The notes: generated from the letters alone by a model not told the origin. 64,000 nucleotides of DNA from Octopus bimaculoides (GCF_001194135.2 NC_068981.1:123889713-123953712); one strand, 5' to 3'. Positions 11,756-26,123 are shown, numbered from the stretch's first letter. Numbers and translations: made by a program.

Positions 11756-12533
11756 TAGAATAGTTCATTTACTCGGCTAACCGTACAGAGCCTATTTTTC
11801 GTCAAGGTCATTAACCCTGTTAATGGCATCATTTTTCAAAGATAATTAATTTTTAGCCATTGTGTTCTCCTTGACATCTTTGATTTATGAAACAAAATCA
11901 TTTAAGTGGAGAAATATACTGCTTGATTTATTATTTCATTTCGTTATAGTTGTTGTTGCTATTGCAGTAACAGCTGCTGCCCCTTGCCGCTCTACTGTTA
12001 TTTCTACCTCTGCTGTTGTTGTTATTGTTGTTACCAGTTTATTACTTAGAGCAAATTGTTCATATTTGCCAAGGTTTTATTTGGGCAAACTATATAACTC
12101 TGTAACACATTACTTCTATATAAGTGTTATTTGCGTAATTGTGATGAAAATTCTGAAAATTGTTCAACTAACTGAGCTATAAATTATCATCTAAATACTT
12201 CCCTTCCCTTTTCCTCTAAAATGATCTGAATTCTTCTACATATTTCATTGCGCATTCAAAGCTACTACGCAATTCTTTGAAATATGTAGCCTATAATTTA
12301 CCCGTTTCAATACCGGTGGATTTCACATTTATGTTTAGATTAGATTCTAAACACACCATCAAATTATTTACAATTTCCTTGCTTAAATGGTTATCTAGAT
12401 ACACGTATACACTTACGCATCAACAAATCTTATGATTCTACCACACTAGACGGAATAAGGCAAATCTTCGTAGACTTTTAGACTAGCTTCTTCGAAAATG
12501 TTTTTAGTTGCTTTCATTAAGCTTATTAAAGAA

Positions 12534-12579
<46 letters not shown>

Positions 12580-13269
12580 TCAATATCATTGAGATAATAT
12601 AGTATTCTTTAGTCGTTTATATTATTCTGAAAGTGGATTAAAAATAACTAGAAAGGTCTCATGGTGCCTTTTCGTAACTGTCGTGGAATGCTATAAATCA
12701 AAGAAAGTTATCATTACACCGAGCAGCAACAAATATTTAGCAGAATACACTGAGACAATGAACCTGGATGTAGATTACATTTCAGTTCGAAATAAGAAAA
12801 GACACTGTCTTCCTAGACGATTCGTTCTCGTCTTTCTTTGGATCTTTGTGAATACAATGAAGTATTTCCATGATATATTTCTTCTGACAAGCATTTCCTC
12901 TGGAGAACCAAGCAGTATGAAAAGCAGCATATAAATCAAACGGTAAAGGAATTACGCAATATTTCATGTATGGGTGTGTATATGTATATGTATTCATGCA
13001 TAAATATAAATATACATATACAATAACCCTTACTTACATAAGTATATAAAACAACTCTTTATATGTGGTGGGGGTATGTGTGTGTGTCTAAGTATTATGT
13101 TTGTCTCGGTACGTATTTACCGTGATTCATGTATATTATATATTGGGGAAATATATATTTCATTCATATATTTATATATGCGTGTGTATACATCAGTGTA
13201 TTTTGTGAGCGTGTGTGCGGCTTTATCTGTATGTATGTATGTGGATAGATAGATAAAATATAGATACGA

Positions 13270-13745
<476 letters not shown>

Positions 13746-14099
13746 TTTTAAATAGCATTTCTGATATACAAAGCTGGAAAATAAAATTCTGTAGCATTTT
13801 GACATGAATACTTTGAGGATAATTTTTCAGTACTTATGTCACCATATGCAATTTTTACATTCTAATGTTTTCCTTTCTTTCTTTGCAGATTACTTTGTCT
13901 TTAAATTCGTATTGATTTTCTTTTTAAAATGAATTTAATCAGACCTATATGAGACACTGCATGCTACAGGAATGGTTCTTCAACAATGGTACAGGCAAGT
14001 AGTATTCGTTCTTTCAAAGGAAATAAAGCTTTCAACTATCACTTGACCAGTTTCGCTCTGGAAAATTTTCTTTCGCTGATTCACCTAGATCTTGACCAC

Positions 14100-14850
14100 C
14101 AAGTTCCGTCGCTACTGAACTTCTGAAATAGGTAATTGAGGAAAAATCAAAGCAAACTGCATGGGAATTAACGAAACAGTTCAATTCACATTTCGGTCAT
14201 AAAACAACTTAATGAGGAAAAGTGTCTAGATTTAACTTGTGGGGGGCTTTTCATTTGACTGCTTCCCAGCTTAATCAAGGAGTTGCCCTCAGCTCGCCAT
14301 TCAAGAGTAGTGCTACAGAACTTACCTTTGGTAGAATCATCACAAGGGAGGAAAACACGGCTCTCTATAATTATATTCAGCGAAAATGGCAATAGTTAGC
14401 AACCGATGAAAAGGGAGATCCCAGCCCCCAAACCAGGAGTATACTCGAAAGATGTTATGCTCTGCGTTTGGTGGGATATGAAGTATTAAATCAAAATTGA
14501 ACAGTTAATGCAGAAAGGTGTTAGAAATATTGCTCAAAGATTTGCAGAAGAAAGGACGTGTCATTGATCAATCGTAAAGAAGTGTTTCTCTTACAAGAGA
14601 GTGCAAGACCACGTATTTCCTAAGACATCCAAGAAAATATTATGACGCTAAACAGTTTTTCTTCACCCTTCCTACTCTCCTAACCTTACTCCATCTGACT
14701 ATCATTTAAAGGAAAAACAGTTTTTTTTAACTGTGAAGAGGTTAAAAGGATATCGAGTTTAAAAAAGTTTTTTTTTGAAACCTGAAGAATTTGGGGGCCA
14801 AGGAATTGACAATTTCTCAAATAGACGGGATCATGTTATCAATAATGAGG
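14100..14850 (+). mobile_element. Highly degenerate mariner transposase remnant
   Basis: Fragments GRIITREE (TGDE), VMLCVWWDM, FLLQESARPR (HDNARPH), HPSYSPNLTPSDYHL and HVINNEGKH in the expected order. Confidence 0.7.
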
Positions 14851-14879
14851 GGAAACATCTACAAATTTTATTCTGACCG

Positions 14880-15028
14880 TTTTTTCTTTTCGCCACTTTT
14901 TACTCTCAACCCTCTCTGTCGAATAGCATAGACTCGAAACGTCAAAGTCTTTTCCGTGCTTCCTGTCCGTCAAACTAATACACTTGCTTGTTGTTCTCTC
15001 ACCTGTCTTGGTCTTTTGCTTTCTGTAA
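14880..15028 (+). repeat. Short interspersed repeat with Penelope-pLTR-like end and degenerate HHR-like motif
   Basis: A related sequence occurs in reverse at ~30820-30930. Motif CTGTCGAA-TAGC-ATAG-ACTC-GAAAC-GTC at 14916-14943. Confidence 0.45.
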
Positions 15029-16254
15029 NNNNNNNNNNNNNNNNNNNNNNNNNNNNNNNNNNNNNNNNNNNNNNNNNNNNNNNNNNNNNNNNNNNNNNNN
15101 NNNNNNNNNNNNNNNNNNNNNNNNNNNNNNNNNNNNNNNNNNNNNNNNNNNNNNNNNNNNNNNNNNNNNNNNNNNNNNNNNNNNNNNNNNNNNNNNNNNN
15201 NNNNNNNNNNNNNNNNNNNNNNNNNNNNNNNNNNNNNNNNNNNNNNNNNNNNNNNNNNNNNNNNNNNNNNNNNNNNNNNNNNNNNNNNNNNNNNNNNNNN
15301 NNNNNNNNNNNNNNNNNNNNNNNNNNNNNNNNNNNNNNNNNNGAGAGAGAGAGAGAGAGATATGTTGTTGTACTTGGGGATGGTCATATTGCAAAACAAA
15401 TATGTTTATATATATATGTATATATATATATATATATACTGCAAGAGAGTTAGGGGTTGAGGATTCAACCCACTAAGGGATAGTATCTATCCAATATGCT
15501 GCTGGGAGGGTACCCAATTATTGTAACACTAGTGTTATACCAAGTGTAATAAGTGGGTGCGGGTAAAAGGGGGCTATTTTACCCTAAATTTATATAGCAA
15601 TATTCTCCTCCATTTTCTTATTGCTATATATATATATATATATACATATATCATTTAAGACTAATGAAACATTATTTTCTTTCCTCATCTTGAAATGCGA
15701 CAGGACTTTCAAACTTAATGCATACATGTATATATGTGTATGTATGTTTAAAAAGCACGTAAATCAGAATCAAATTTCCAATCATATTTTATCAAAATAC
15801 CAACCATTTTGAAAATCCTGCAGTCAGATATATAATCAAACCAATCTATTCTAAAGCAGACTTCTTTATGGACTATGTTTTTCTTTTTACATTCTTCGCT
15901 AATAATTTGTAACTTGGGATTTGCCACAAAACGGACATAGCTTTCGAGAGGAATGAATTTTAATTCTAAATTAGGCTATCTCTTGTGGCTGTATAATCGT
16001 TTGATTTTCTTTAAAACATACTACAAATTAAAAGATTACTTTAATGTCTTCTAATTAATGCATGACTTCAAATCAAATTTCGCATTTTCACGTTGTCGGG
16101 TGTTGTTTCATATAATCTGAAAATTTGTTTAACTATTCTATTCAGAGGGAAATTGAAAATTATATAATTGTATCTCTCAAAACTATATTCAAAGAAAATG
16201 TAAAGCATGATTTTTTTTTTCAACTGCCGTAAAAAATGTTATAATTACTTTCAC

Positions 16255-16432
16255 AATCCTAAGTTCACAAATTTTGAGGAAAACGGTAGTCGATCAAATT
16301 GATACCGATCCTTGATTATAGCCATTTATAGTACAACAGGAAAGATGAAAGCTAAAGTTAACTTTGACAGGATTTAAACTCAGAACGTGAAGAGCTGGAA
16401 CAAGTAGCGCACAGAGTTTTGTTAATGCTCTA
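16255..16432 (-). mobile_element. SINE family A, degenerate
   Basis: ggaaagatgaaagctaaagttaactttgacaggatttaaactcagaacgt matches the family A core. Confidence 0.65.
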
Positions 16433-16989
16433 AATCAAAATTTCTCAACCATTCTTTAGTTATGTTCTTTTTTGGTCCTATTTTACTTGGATGTACCCTC
16501 CGAAGCATTCGGTGTTTTAAATATCATATATTTCTATAATTAACTATTGTTAGGAATTTATCTAAAAAAATTAATATATGTTGTGTATTGGAGAAGGATA
16601 ACCAATTTATTGCAGATAAAATTGAACAAAAGCCGCTATAGAACCCCAAGAGTCATATGAACCCCGGTTGGGAACTATTGCGCTGAATAGTCATCTTGTC
16701 CTTCTCACCGTCCTCTGGTGAAGGGGTAGTAATTTTTTATATATGACCAAAAGCTTGACAGTAGAAATGTCAGCGAATGTGGTACCAGTACTTGTTAGAT
16801 ATTTTATTATATCAGCCTCGTAAAAAGACAAATTCAATAAAGTATCAGTCAATTATGAGTTCGTTAAAACAAAAGTAATTGTCAAAGATTTGAATTTAGA
16901 TTGTCATGTGGCAGAATATATATCCCAAGATATTTTATCTAATGCCCTAAGGATTCTATCACTCTACAATACACATTGGCTCATAAAAC

Positions 16990-17187
16990 ATTGCTTTCAA
17001 GTTTTGACACAAGGCCAACAAGATCGCAGGAGGACTGGAAGTTGATCGAACGCAGTGCTCTACAAGTACTTATTTTATTGACTCCGAAAGGATAAAAGAT
17101 GATCGGCCTCGGCGAAATTTGGGCTTAGACGAAATGATACAAACCTTTTGTCCTGCTTGCTAACGATTCTACCTGCTCACCGCTTTA
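16990..17187 (-). mobile_element. SINE family A
   Basis: gacacaaggcc...gtacttattttattgactccgaaaggataaaag...gctaacgattctacctgctcaccgc. Confidence 0.75.
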
Positions 17188-18084
17188 CTATTCATATAAT
17201 AAAGAATTCTGATTCTGCCTTACCCTAAATATCAATAAGTATTCGACTCTTTCTCAAATAAGAGAAATTGATATTTGATGCCAAATATTTTCAGTGCAGC
17301 ATAAAGAACAGGCGAGTAGATTGGTAAATAGGTAATCGCTTAGTCCCATGACATTTCGAATCAATCAGTAATGGCCAATGCGTTTTATCCATGATTTTCC
17401 TATCATATTATCGCATGCTATAACTAGAACTGCATTTTTAAGTTCGCCAGGTGTAGTTTCAAGATAATGTAGCTGCTATTTGAAGTGGTTTGCGTGACTA
17501 CATTAGGTTCCATCGTATTCTAATGAGCATTTTTGTTTTGTTTTGGTTTTTTGTGGGGGGGGGTCTTTTTTACTTTCTATGTTTGTTTTTGTTTTTCTTT
17601 TCAAATGGTGAATCTGCTTTCAGTTTCGATACTCATTTCGTGCAAGTCCATTTCAGTAATGCTGTTAATATATGAAGACCACAATTCCATTCTCTTTTCC
17701 AAACGATATGAAATATATCTTTTGATGCTACTCTAAAATTCTAGATTATGCTCTAGAATATTAAGTAAGCGCCTGGTAAGTTGATACTTAAAGCAATTAA
17801 TTCTCAACTGAACACCATTCATTTCTATCAGGCTGTTCCATTGTCAAACAACTTGATATTACTTCTCTGTAAATTGCTGGTTGAGTTCCAAAAGTTAGTA
17901 TTCTATATTTACATTTAAGTGAATTGACCATCTCCCAGTGTGTACAGGATCAGCAAATTAAATATAATTAGATTAATGAAAAATTTATTAGGAAATTATA
18001 TATATATATATATATATATATAGGCAAATCAAAAGTTTTTTAAAAAACAGGCAAAAAGTTTTTTCCAACACAGATTGTGCTGTG

Positions 18085-18153
18085 TTATGTGTGTATGTAT
18101 GTATGTACGTACGTATGTATGAATGTATGTATGCATGCATGTATGTATGTATG

Positions 18154-18195
<42 letters not shown>

Positions 18196-18375
18196 CATAC
18201 ATACATACATACATACATACATACATACATACATACATAATATACACATGTATATATAGAAATACTCATATAAACAAAAATGTATGTATATATACACCTA
18301 CATATATGTACACACATATATAATACATCCATATACTTACACACACACATATATATACAATATATATATATATAT
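18085..18375. repeat. (TATG)n-(TA)n-(CATA)n mirror-like microsatellite
   Basis: Direct reading. Confidence 0.95.
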
Positions 18376-19665
18376 CTTTCATTTAGTATGCATTATTGAT
18401 AAAATGTAATTCTATCTTGTATTGAAGTACAAAATAAGCAATATAGATTTCTCAATCTGGACAATTTTCACGAGGGCACCATGATAAGCTATGAAACGCA
18501 ACCGGGTTTCTGTACTAAGGTAATTTATCAGCTTCCTGAAGTTTATTTGTTCATGAATTACTATTGTTCTTTAGTTCAGGCCTGTTCAAATCGAGCAAAC
18601 TTATGATCAAAGCCCTTCAATCTCAACCTTTTTTGAGGTAATGTACATCAAGTGCCATATATCAATGTGTCCTTTCTATTTTAAGACAGTAGAGTTTGGC
18701 TTCAGGGAGATTTGTTTGCTATTTCTTGCAGGCTAAGCAACCACGTAGATATATGACTTGGGCTTCAATAAACTTGTTATTAACCCTTTGTCTTTCATGT
18801 GAATCACATGTGATTCACAAGACGTATTTCCCTGATGTCCATGTATTATATATGACACAAATTCTCCATTTTTTCAACTTGCAACTTATGAAAAGAAAGC
18901 TCTGTATTATTTAGAACATATGAAACAAGCTCTAACTAAATGTTTGAAGGTTTGAAAATAATAATGGACATTAGGACAAACTTATAATGACATTTTGTGT
19001 GAGTAAAGGGCTAAACGATGATAAATTTACTAGTATAAATGAGGTAAGAAACTATAATTTGTGTAACATATTTTCCTCGGAAATTCAGGTCTGAGATATC
19101 AAGATTTCATTAGTTATATATGTCATATATATCATTCGTCATATATGAATCTACATAATACATCTTTATAAAAACGCAGGTGTTTTATATCACAATGAAT
19201 GTACAAAAGTCTTAAATCATTCGTAAATCTTTGGAGATTTTGCATCACAAGCGATCCACGCTTGCAGACGCTAAGTAGCGAAGGGCACTGGTTGGAACTC
19301 ACAATAACAAGAAGCAAGAGCACAGAAATTTTTTAAGCAGGAATAAGACATAATCTGCGGATATAGATCGCTGTGAATTTACTACCAATCTGACTACATT
19401 CCCAAAAGTCGAAAAATATTTGAAGTGAAGTGAATTATAATTTTTATTTGTTTTGATGTCTATCTAGATATTTACAGTTTTGTATTTCCTTTATTCATTG
19501 TAGTCTGTTTTATTCGTGGAATTATAGGTTCATGCTTAAAGAAATTGAATACTAGTATCCTTTTAGTATATTAAACCACATACATTTAAAATTTTACAAT
19601 GAAAGGATATTATTATAATTATTATTAATGAAAATAAGTATCAGTTATTCACTGAGATTGATGAT

Positions 19666-19930
19666 ATATGTACCAGTTATTCACTGGGGTCGATGTAATC
19701 GACTAGCCTCCGCCACTCACATTTCAGGCCTTGTACCTTTAATAGAAAGGACTATAATTATTACTAAGAGGAAGACAGTGAGCTGGCAGAATCGTTAGCA
19801 CGCCAGGCAAAATACTCAGCGGCATTTCGTCCGTCTTCACGTTCTGAGTTCAAATTCCGTCGAGGTCGACTTTTCCCTTCGTCCTTTCAGGATCGATAAG
19901 ATAAGTACCAGTTGAGTAATGGGCTCGATG
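19666..19930 (+). mobile_element. Two SINE family A copies head-to-tail (tail, then near-complete copy)
   Basis: Tail ctggggtcgatgtaatcgact...gccttgtacctttaatagaaagg, then head gtgagctggcagaatcgttagcacgcc with B box gagttcaaattcc. Confidence 0.85.
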
Positions 19931-19967
19931 TGTTAAATATTGAAACAATTATTTTTTTTATTATATA

Positions 19968-21244
19968 CACAGACATGCAGGAAGTAAATAGACACCTTTT
20001 AAGTTTTTAAATTATTGATCTAAGCGTTTTAATATGTTTTCAGCGGTGTAGAATTTACAATGTATTTATTTTTTTCATTCCAGGTGCCATTATATTAAAC
20101 ATGTGCGAAGAGTAACCATGCCACGCACAAAAAATTCAGCAGAACTGTCAGATTTTCAAAGAGGTCGTATTGTTGGGCAATCTGAGGCTGGTCTTGGTCA
20201 GTGAAAAATTGCTGAAAATTTCCAAATTCTTCTTGCTACTGTAAATAGAATTATAGTGCAATTCAAAAGCCAAGGAAAAACATCAACAGATTTTCGTCCC
20301 GGCCGACCTGGGCCCTCGGAAAGGAAGCTTCGCTGTTTGAAGAGAATTGTGGAAAACGAACCCCGTTCGAAGGCTTCTGACATTGCAAAACAGCTAGAAG
20401 TTAGTCGAAGAACGTGTGTTACATATATGCATAAGGTTGGGTAATATGGACGAACAGCTAGAAGAAAACCTCTCCTTCAACCAATTAATATCATGAAAAG
20501 GAAAAAATGGGCGAAGGAGATGTCAAAAAAATCCAGTTCATTTTGGGATAGAGTGATTTCATCAGATGAATCCAGATTTGCATTATTTTCAGACAGTGGA
20601 CGTGTTGGGATCTGGAGGCTTCCCAATCAAGAATTTGATTTGAAACGACTCCAGCCAACTGTGAAACATGGCGGTATCTCTGTGGTGGTATGGGGAGTTG
20701 TCACTAGCAATGGTCATTCTGAGCTGATCGAATGTTTTGGAACCATAAACTCTGAAAAATACATCAAAATACTTAAGCAAGGACTACTTCTGGTGTATTC
20801 ACACGATGGCATAACGAAAAATAAGTTTTTATTCATGGAAGATGGGGCTCCATGCCACACAGCGAAAAGGAATCGACAACGGCTGACTGAAAATGGGATC
20901 AAAAAGCTTCCTTTGCCGAGCCAATTTCCTGACATGAACGCAATTGAAAATCTTTGGAGCATACTAGATAGAGCTATACGAAAAACTCGACAGAAACCTA
21001 AATCTAAAGACAAATTGTTTCGATTGTTGCGTGAAAAATGGGCAGAAATTCCACAAGACGCAATCACAAAGCTCGTCAGTTCAATGCCAAACAGAGTTTC
21101 TGAATTAAAAACTGAAAAGGGAATGTCAACTAAATACTAAAGTATGTAGTCCTACCTATCGATTGCATTTCAATTGTTCGCTTTGCGTATTAAATAAAAG
21201 ATTTTGAAAGTTAAAGGTTTCTATTTACTTCCCGCATGTCTGTG
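19968..21244 (+). mobile_element. Full-length Tc1-like element (1277 bp) with ~34-bp TIRs and TA duplication
   Basis: TA|CACAGACATGCAGGAAGTAAATAGACACCTTTTAA ... TTAAAGGTTTCTATTTACTTCCCGCATGTCTGTG|TA. Confidence 0.95.
20118..21140 (+). pseudogene. Tc1 DD34E transposase, 340 aa, two in-frame stops and no frameshift
   Basis: MPRTKNSAELSDFQRGRIVG...GRPG...SDESRF...FMEDGAPCH...34 aa...AIENLW...STKY. Stops are TGA 20202 and TAA 20442. Confidence 0.93.
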
Positions 21245-22399
21245 TATGTCGAGAAAAATGTTTGTTTTACAACTACAAAACAGTTCTAATCAAAGGAATG
21301 CAGCGGGGTATTTCACAATCAAATGAATGTAATAAGACATTAAAGTGAAAATACAGAATAAATATCTTGTTATCGTGTGAAACTGAATCGTAGAAACCTA
21401 GTTGGCCTGTGTGCTAAAACTAATTTTAAGGCAGAGTGTCAGAGACTCACAATTAGGATTTTAAAAGAATGGAGGTGACGTTTCGCTTTCTGTTTCATTG
21501 CAGAGATTAAATAAGATAATTCAGTGATTTTTAATTATCTGTTGTAAAACTTAGTCATGTGCCTAATCAAAAGGCGTCAATGAGACAAGGCAATGTTTTG
21601 TCATGTTTTCTGTATAGTTAAAACCTACAAAATATGTACCGCTATAGTGACAAGAAGTTTTGTTGTTTCTGAAAAAACACTTTTGCTTATGCAACATTCT
21701 AGACAGTGCCAAGATGACATTCAAAATGCTTGCTATTTAATCGAGATATTCTTTTAAGTAAAATGGGTCAAAGTGAAGCGAAACTATCTTGACAACGCGG
21801 CAATCTGGATTCTTAATATAATTGTACAGTACTGAAGAATTATTTCTATTATTCAGTTATACGATTATTTAATTAATTAATAGCTTATCTACATGATTTA
21901 ATTACCAGCCCATAATCAGACAAATTATCACACTCTATAAAAAGATATCTTTTAGGATTTCAAATCCGATTATTCATATATTCAATTACAGTGTTTCAGA
22001 CTAGAATATAGGTGTAAGGCTATGAAAGTGAAGGTGTCAGGAAGCTTGATTCGAATTTCTGTATAGGATTATATATAATACGGTTGCACCATTTAAATAA
22101 TTTACTTGCAATAATTCCTCATTTACACACATAATTTTGGTAAATGGTCAAAGTTGACACATCTTATGTGCAATGTATTCATATACAAACAAAAATATCC
22201 ATTTCATCCCAAGAGACCTGACTAATGTTAAAGGAAAGCCTGGAAGGAAATTAACTGGTATTGCTGCCAGAATGTTCCGCAGACGCAGGTAAGTGAGGAG
22301 ACTCCAGTGATGTCAGTGTTAATAATAGTTCTTTCTAACTTTTGGCTCAAGGCCAGTAATTTCTAGGGGCTGGGGAAGTCGATTACATCTATCCAGGTT

Positions 22400-23480
22400 T
22401 TCATATTTTATTGACTCCGAATGGAAGTATGCCAGGTTCATTACCCATCATTTCTATGATGTATCGCATTCACCGGAGCTTGTGGACCCTGTTGTTTGCG
22501 TCCTTTCTTAGAAGCGCCACCACTCCTCGACTCACAGATCTGGTAGTTCTTCCGTTCTACTGTCAGTTGCGGCAGATATCTGCCAAGAGGTTTCCAAACA
22601 AGCCGAGCATATAAAAATTAAGTTCATGGAATATACATCCAAATCAGGCGACTTTAGTCCCGTGTAGCGTACTTCAACTTCTCTCATCGTCTTTTTGTAA
22701 CAATCTGCCTCTTTTACCAAGAGTTGTGGCAGGATCTAGAACTGAAATTAATCCTGCGTTCTGGCCCGCCATTGGTTCTAAACATTTGCAGAGTTCTGCA
22801 GAAAAACCGCACACAACTGCTTGAAGTTGATTAATACGCACCCTTTAGGATTTTCCAAAGACTGAATTGTGGTTTTGTTGCAACGTTGCGCCTCCGTCAA
22901 TCAGACCTATCAAAAAGCTTTCATCTCTCCATGTCTTAAAGTATGCACCTTAAACCTAAAGTCGTAGCTTTCTTACTTCACGTTGAAGAATTGGTCGAGG
23001 GCCAGTCTCACTGCGAGCATATCTGTTCCTATCCCTTTCCTAAGTACTTTGTGTAAATATATCACTAATTCACCTTTTATTTTTGTTTTCTCTATATCCT
23101 TAATGAACCTTATTGATTCTACTATAATAGTCCTTGTCACAGCAAGCTACCATTCGTTGCTAACGATTGCCTCCGCTAATGCCGGCTTAACTAAGTTGCT
23201 TCCCTCTTCTCAGCGAATCCTATACAATTCAACACGCATCCAAGATAGTGTTTCAATCGCTCACTAATGCTAAAGGGCAGGGCGTTCCTAAAAAAATGCC
23301 TCCAAACACGTAGGCAGCTACTAATCTGAAGGCATGACGATAATCCGTATCGTGAAATCGCGACCCTTTCGAAAGGATACAACTAGGCCACCTTCAAATA
23401 GCGGTCGACTTGGAGATGTGTACACCTCATATTCACCGAAAATTGACTTAAAGTTTTGTGGCTAGGAGATTCTGATGTCA
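22400..23480 (-). mobile_element. Degenerate LINE (RTE-like) endonuclease-end and linker remnant
   Basis: Scattered minus-strand fragments SQVDRYL (SQIDY), HAFRLVAA (HRLV) and KEADCYKKTMREVE in collinear order, with many stops. Confidence 0.4.
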
Positions 23481-24074
23481 CAAATAACCACTACCTTTGT
23501 ATATAGTAATCTGACGTCGTTGAGCAGGTGGCTCTAATTTTATGCTAACCTCATGCCACATGTATATATACTGCTTATTCTAAGGCCATTAAACGGAAGA
23601 ATGATATTCTGTTCCTTTGGCAAGTTGTGAATGTTTCTACAAACCGTTCTTTGCACAGTCTTTTGTTTCTATGACCCTGAAATCTCTTACTCCTTCAGTG
23701 TGTATGTTTTTAAGATGTAGTGTGTTGTGATATTTGGATGATTACATGTACTGGAATACTATTAGTTAATGTAATTTAGCTATTCTGTGTGATGCTTGCA
23801 TGTTTATGTTCATGAATGTGTAGCTAATGATTTTGTGTTGCGGTGTATGACCTGATTGCTTGTGAATTATGCAGTACTTATGTTTGTATCAATAACACCA
23901 TTCCCATCACTATCACTACCACTATCACTATCTATGATAGAGGATGATGACGTTGGTAGTACTGTGTAACTTCTGTTGGGAATGGTCTCGGTAGCTCGTT
24001 AGCTAGAAGTGTTTCCACCATTTACTCACATCAGTCATTTTTTGTGTTGGTGTTTTTGTGTCTTTTTTTTTCCT

Positions 24075-25260
24075 TTACATTAATAACTTTTTGTCATTTA
24101 GGGTCCTCAGTAACACATTAAGCCCATGATATGTCGGAGTTGTCCCAAGAGAGAAAGGACACGTCTTGGATGAATCTGTCTTTTGTTTTATTGTTGTTCT
24201 TTGAGAGTTTTCAGTTGTTGTTGATAATGCTGTGGCTTTTGAGAGCGATGTTCCTTTTTGGTGTATTTTTATTGTTGTATCCACTATTGGTGTTCTTTGT
24301 GTAGCTTCCAGCCTTGTTATTGGTACTGCAGTCAATGCTTCTGCGGCTACATACTGCTCTAGCATTTGCTGTGGTTGATTGTGTTGAGGCAAAAGACTTC
24401 GAGAGTTATTAGTATTTCCAAATTTGTACCTTCAGAGCGTTCTACGCTCCATTACCACTTGTAGCTACTACCCTCCTGGGATCTCTATTAGGTCGGGAAT
24501 TTTGTCCAGTATCTCAGATTTCACTCAGCTCAAAATCTTCAATCCCACAATGACACGATTTTCTTTTCAGAACTATTTTATTTCAATCAACATGCTATGG
24601 TCTTCTAATGATATGCTTGAGATACTTGCTCGGAACATTCTCCGTCCCGTGTAACGGTGTATCAGTGGGAAATCTTCAGCTCATTGAGGAACAGTGAAGT
24701 GCTTCTGAGTAGGGATTCCGTGTGGAAAATAACTCGGGCATATCCGATGTTATGGTATATCCCTCAAAATTAACGCCTCGCCTTATTTTATTTTTTAAAT
24801 GCCGCTTGGTCTGAAGGTATACGCTCTAATTAATGTTTTTACGTTGATACACATCTATCCAGAATTGTTTTCCTTTGTTTGATCTAAAAGATGTTTCGGT
24901 GTATTGAGCATAACTTTTTTAGGATATAGCCTATTTATGTCTTTCTCCGCTTCTTTTAAATATTCACTCGTATTGTCTAATGCGATTTGATAAAAGAAAA
25001 TAATTTTTGCTATTTTCACAGCTGCTATTGCTGTTACAGTTGTTAGTATTATCGTTGCAGCTGCCATTATTCCTTCTTTGGTGGAGGTAGAGTTTTTTAT
25101 GCAGTTTGCTGCAGTAGCAGTGCAATGCATGATTTAATTGCACTTAGGATTTTACGAGCTTATATTACACGAGCTGATCTGTCATTGTTCTTGATGTCGC
25201 TACAGGTGTTGTTATAGTTGTTCTTGTTATATTTACTGCTGATGCTCTTGCTGTTACTAT
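24075..25260 (-). mobile_element. Degenerate non-LTR retrotransposon ORF1-like remnant (RRM-like region, eroded CCHC knuckle)
   Basis: Long partly open minus frames. RYTGRRMFRASIS and DKIPDLIEIPGG**LQVVMERR..RYKFGNTNNSRSLLP resemble the V.VEGR..C..C...GH....CP region of LINE ORF1. Confidence 0.45.
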
Positions 25261-25269
25261 TGCTACGTA

Positions 25270-25963
25270 CCATTTTGGGGGACTCATCATGATCAAGCCA
25301 TTGACCTGACCGTTTTCGGTTATCATAAGGGATCCACTTTTCGTCACTATTCTAAGTGACTATTCGGTCAAGAAAAGGATCATTGGTGTTTCGCAGAAAG
25401 AGTATCAAGTACACTCCAAAACGCCGAACATTTTGATTTTCAGTGAGCTCATGCGGTACCGATCTATCCAGCTTTTTCACCTTACCAATCTTCTGTAGAT
25501 TGCGTGAGACTTTTGCAATACCACCATGTGCCTGAAACCTTTCTCTGACATTTTAACGTGGGTTTTGTTCAATAATTACTTTCAGTTGTTCATTGTCAAA
25601 ACTGCATGACCGTTCTATACCTTCTTCATCTTCAAGGTTCCCATCACCACTACGGAATTTCTGAAACCACCTTCGTACTGTGCGGTCACTTGTGGACCCC
25701 TGCTCTGTTGATATTGGCAGCAATTTCGCAGGCATTGTGCCCAAGCTTGAACTCATGCAAGAAAAGTAAGTGAAGGTCCTTTGTTTGTCATGTTCATAAT
25801 TAAGGGCGCCTATGCTTCAAGAATGTTTTCTGTGTGAAATAAGTAGAAAATTATTAAAGTTATTAAGTATGTCGAAATTCACCGAAAATATAATTAAAAC
25901 ACTATGATAAAATTGCGTTTCAAAACAAAACTTAGAGCGGCCATTATTTTCGGAACAACCTTA
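25270..25963 (-). mobile_element. 3'-truncated mariner element
   Basis: HEFKLGHNA..SDRTVRRWFQKFRSGD.NLEDEE; VPHELTENQ; DRIVT.DEKWILYDNRKRSGQWLD. TIR-like taaggttgttccgaaaataatggccgc at 25937-25963 next to TA. Confidence 0.85.
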
Positions 25964-26123
25964 TAATACACGGTTGAATTCATTCACTGCTGTACTGCTC
26001 TGACTCTGCACGTTGGTTGAGGGATTTCAATTTGAATTCTTGATGTATAAAGATGGGACTAGATGCGCATGTGTTTACTTTATGTTTTCGGTACGTATTA
26101 TAGTTTCATAATTATGCATTTTC

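Noticed and set aside
12683-12934. 83-aa ORF and overlapping minus frames
   Set aside because: No recognisable motif and no consistent splice pair.
13870-13930. Strong acceptor ttcctttctttctttgcAG
   Set aside because: All three frames stop within ~45 nt and there is no donor. A 3'-terminal use cannot be excluded but is unsupported.
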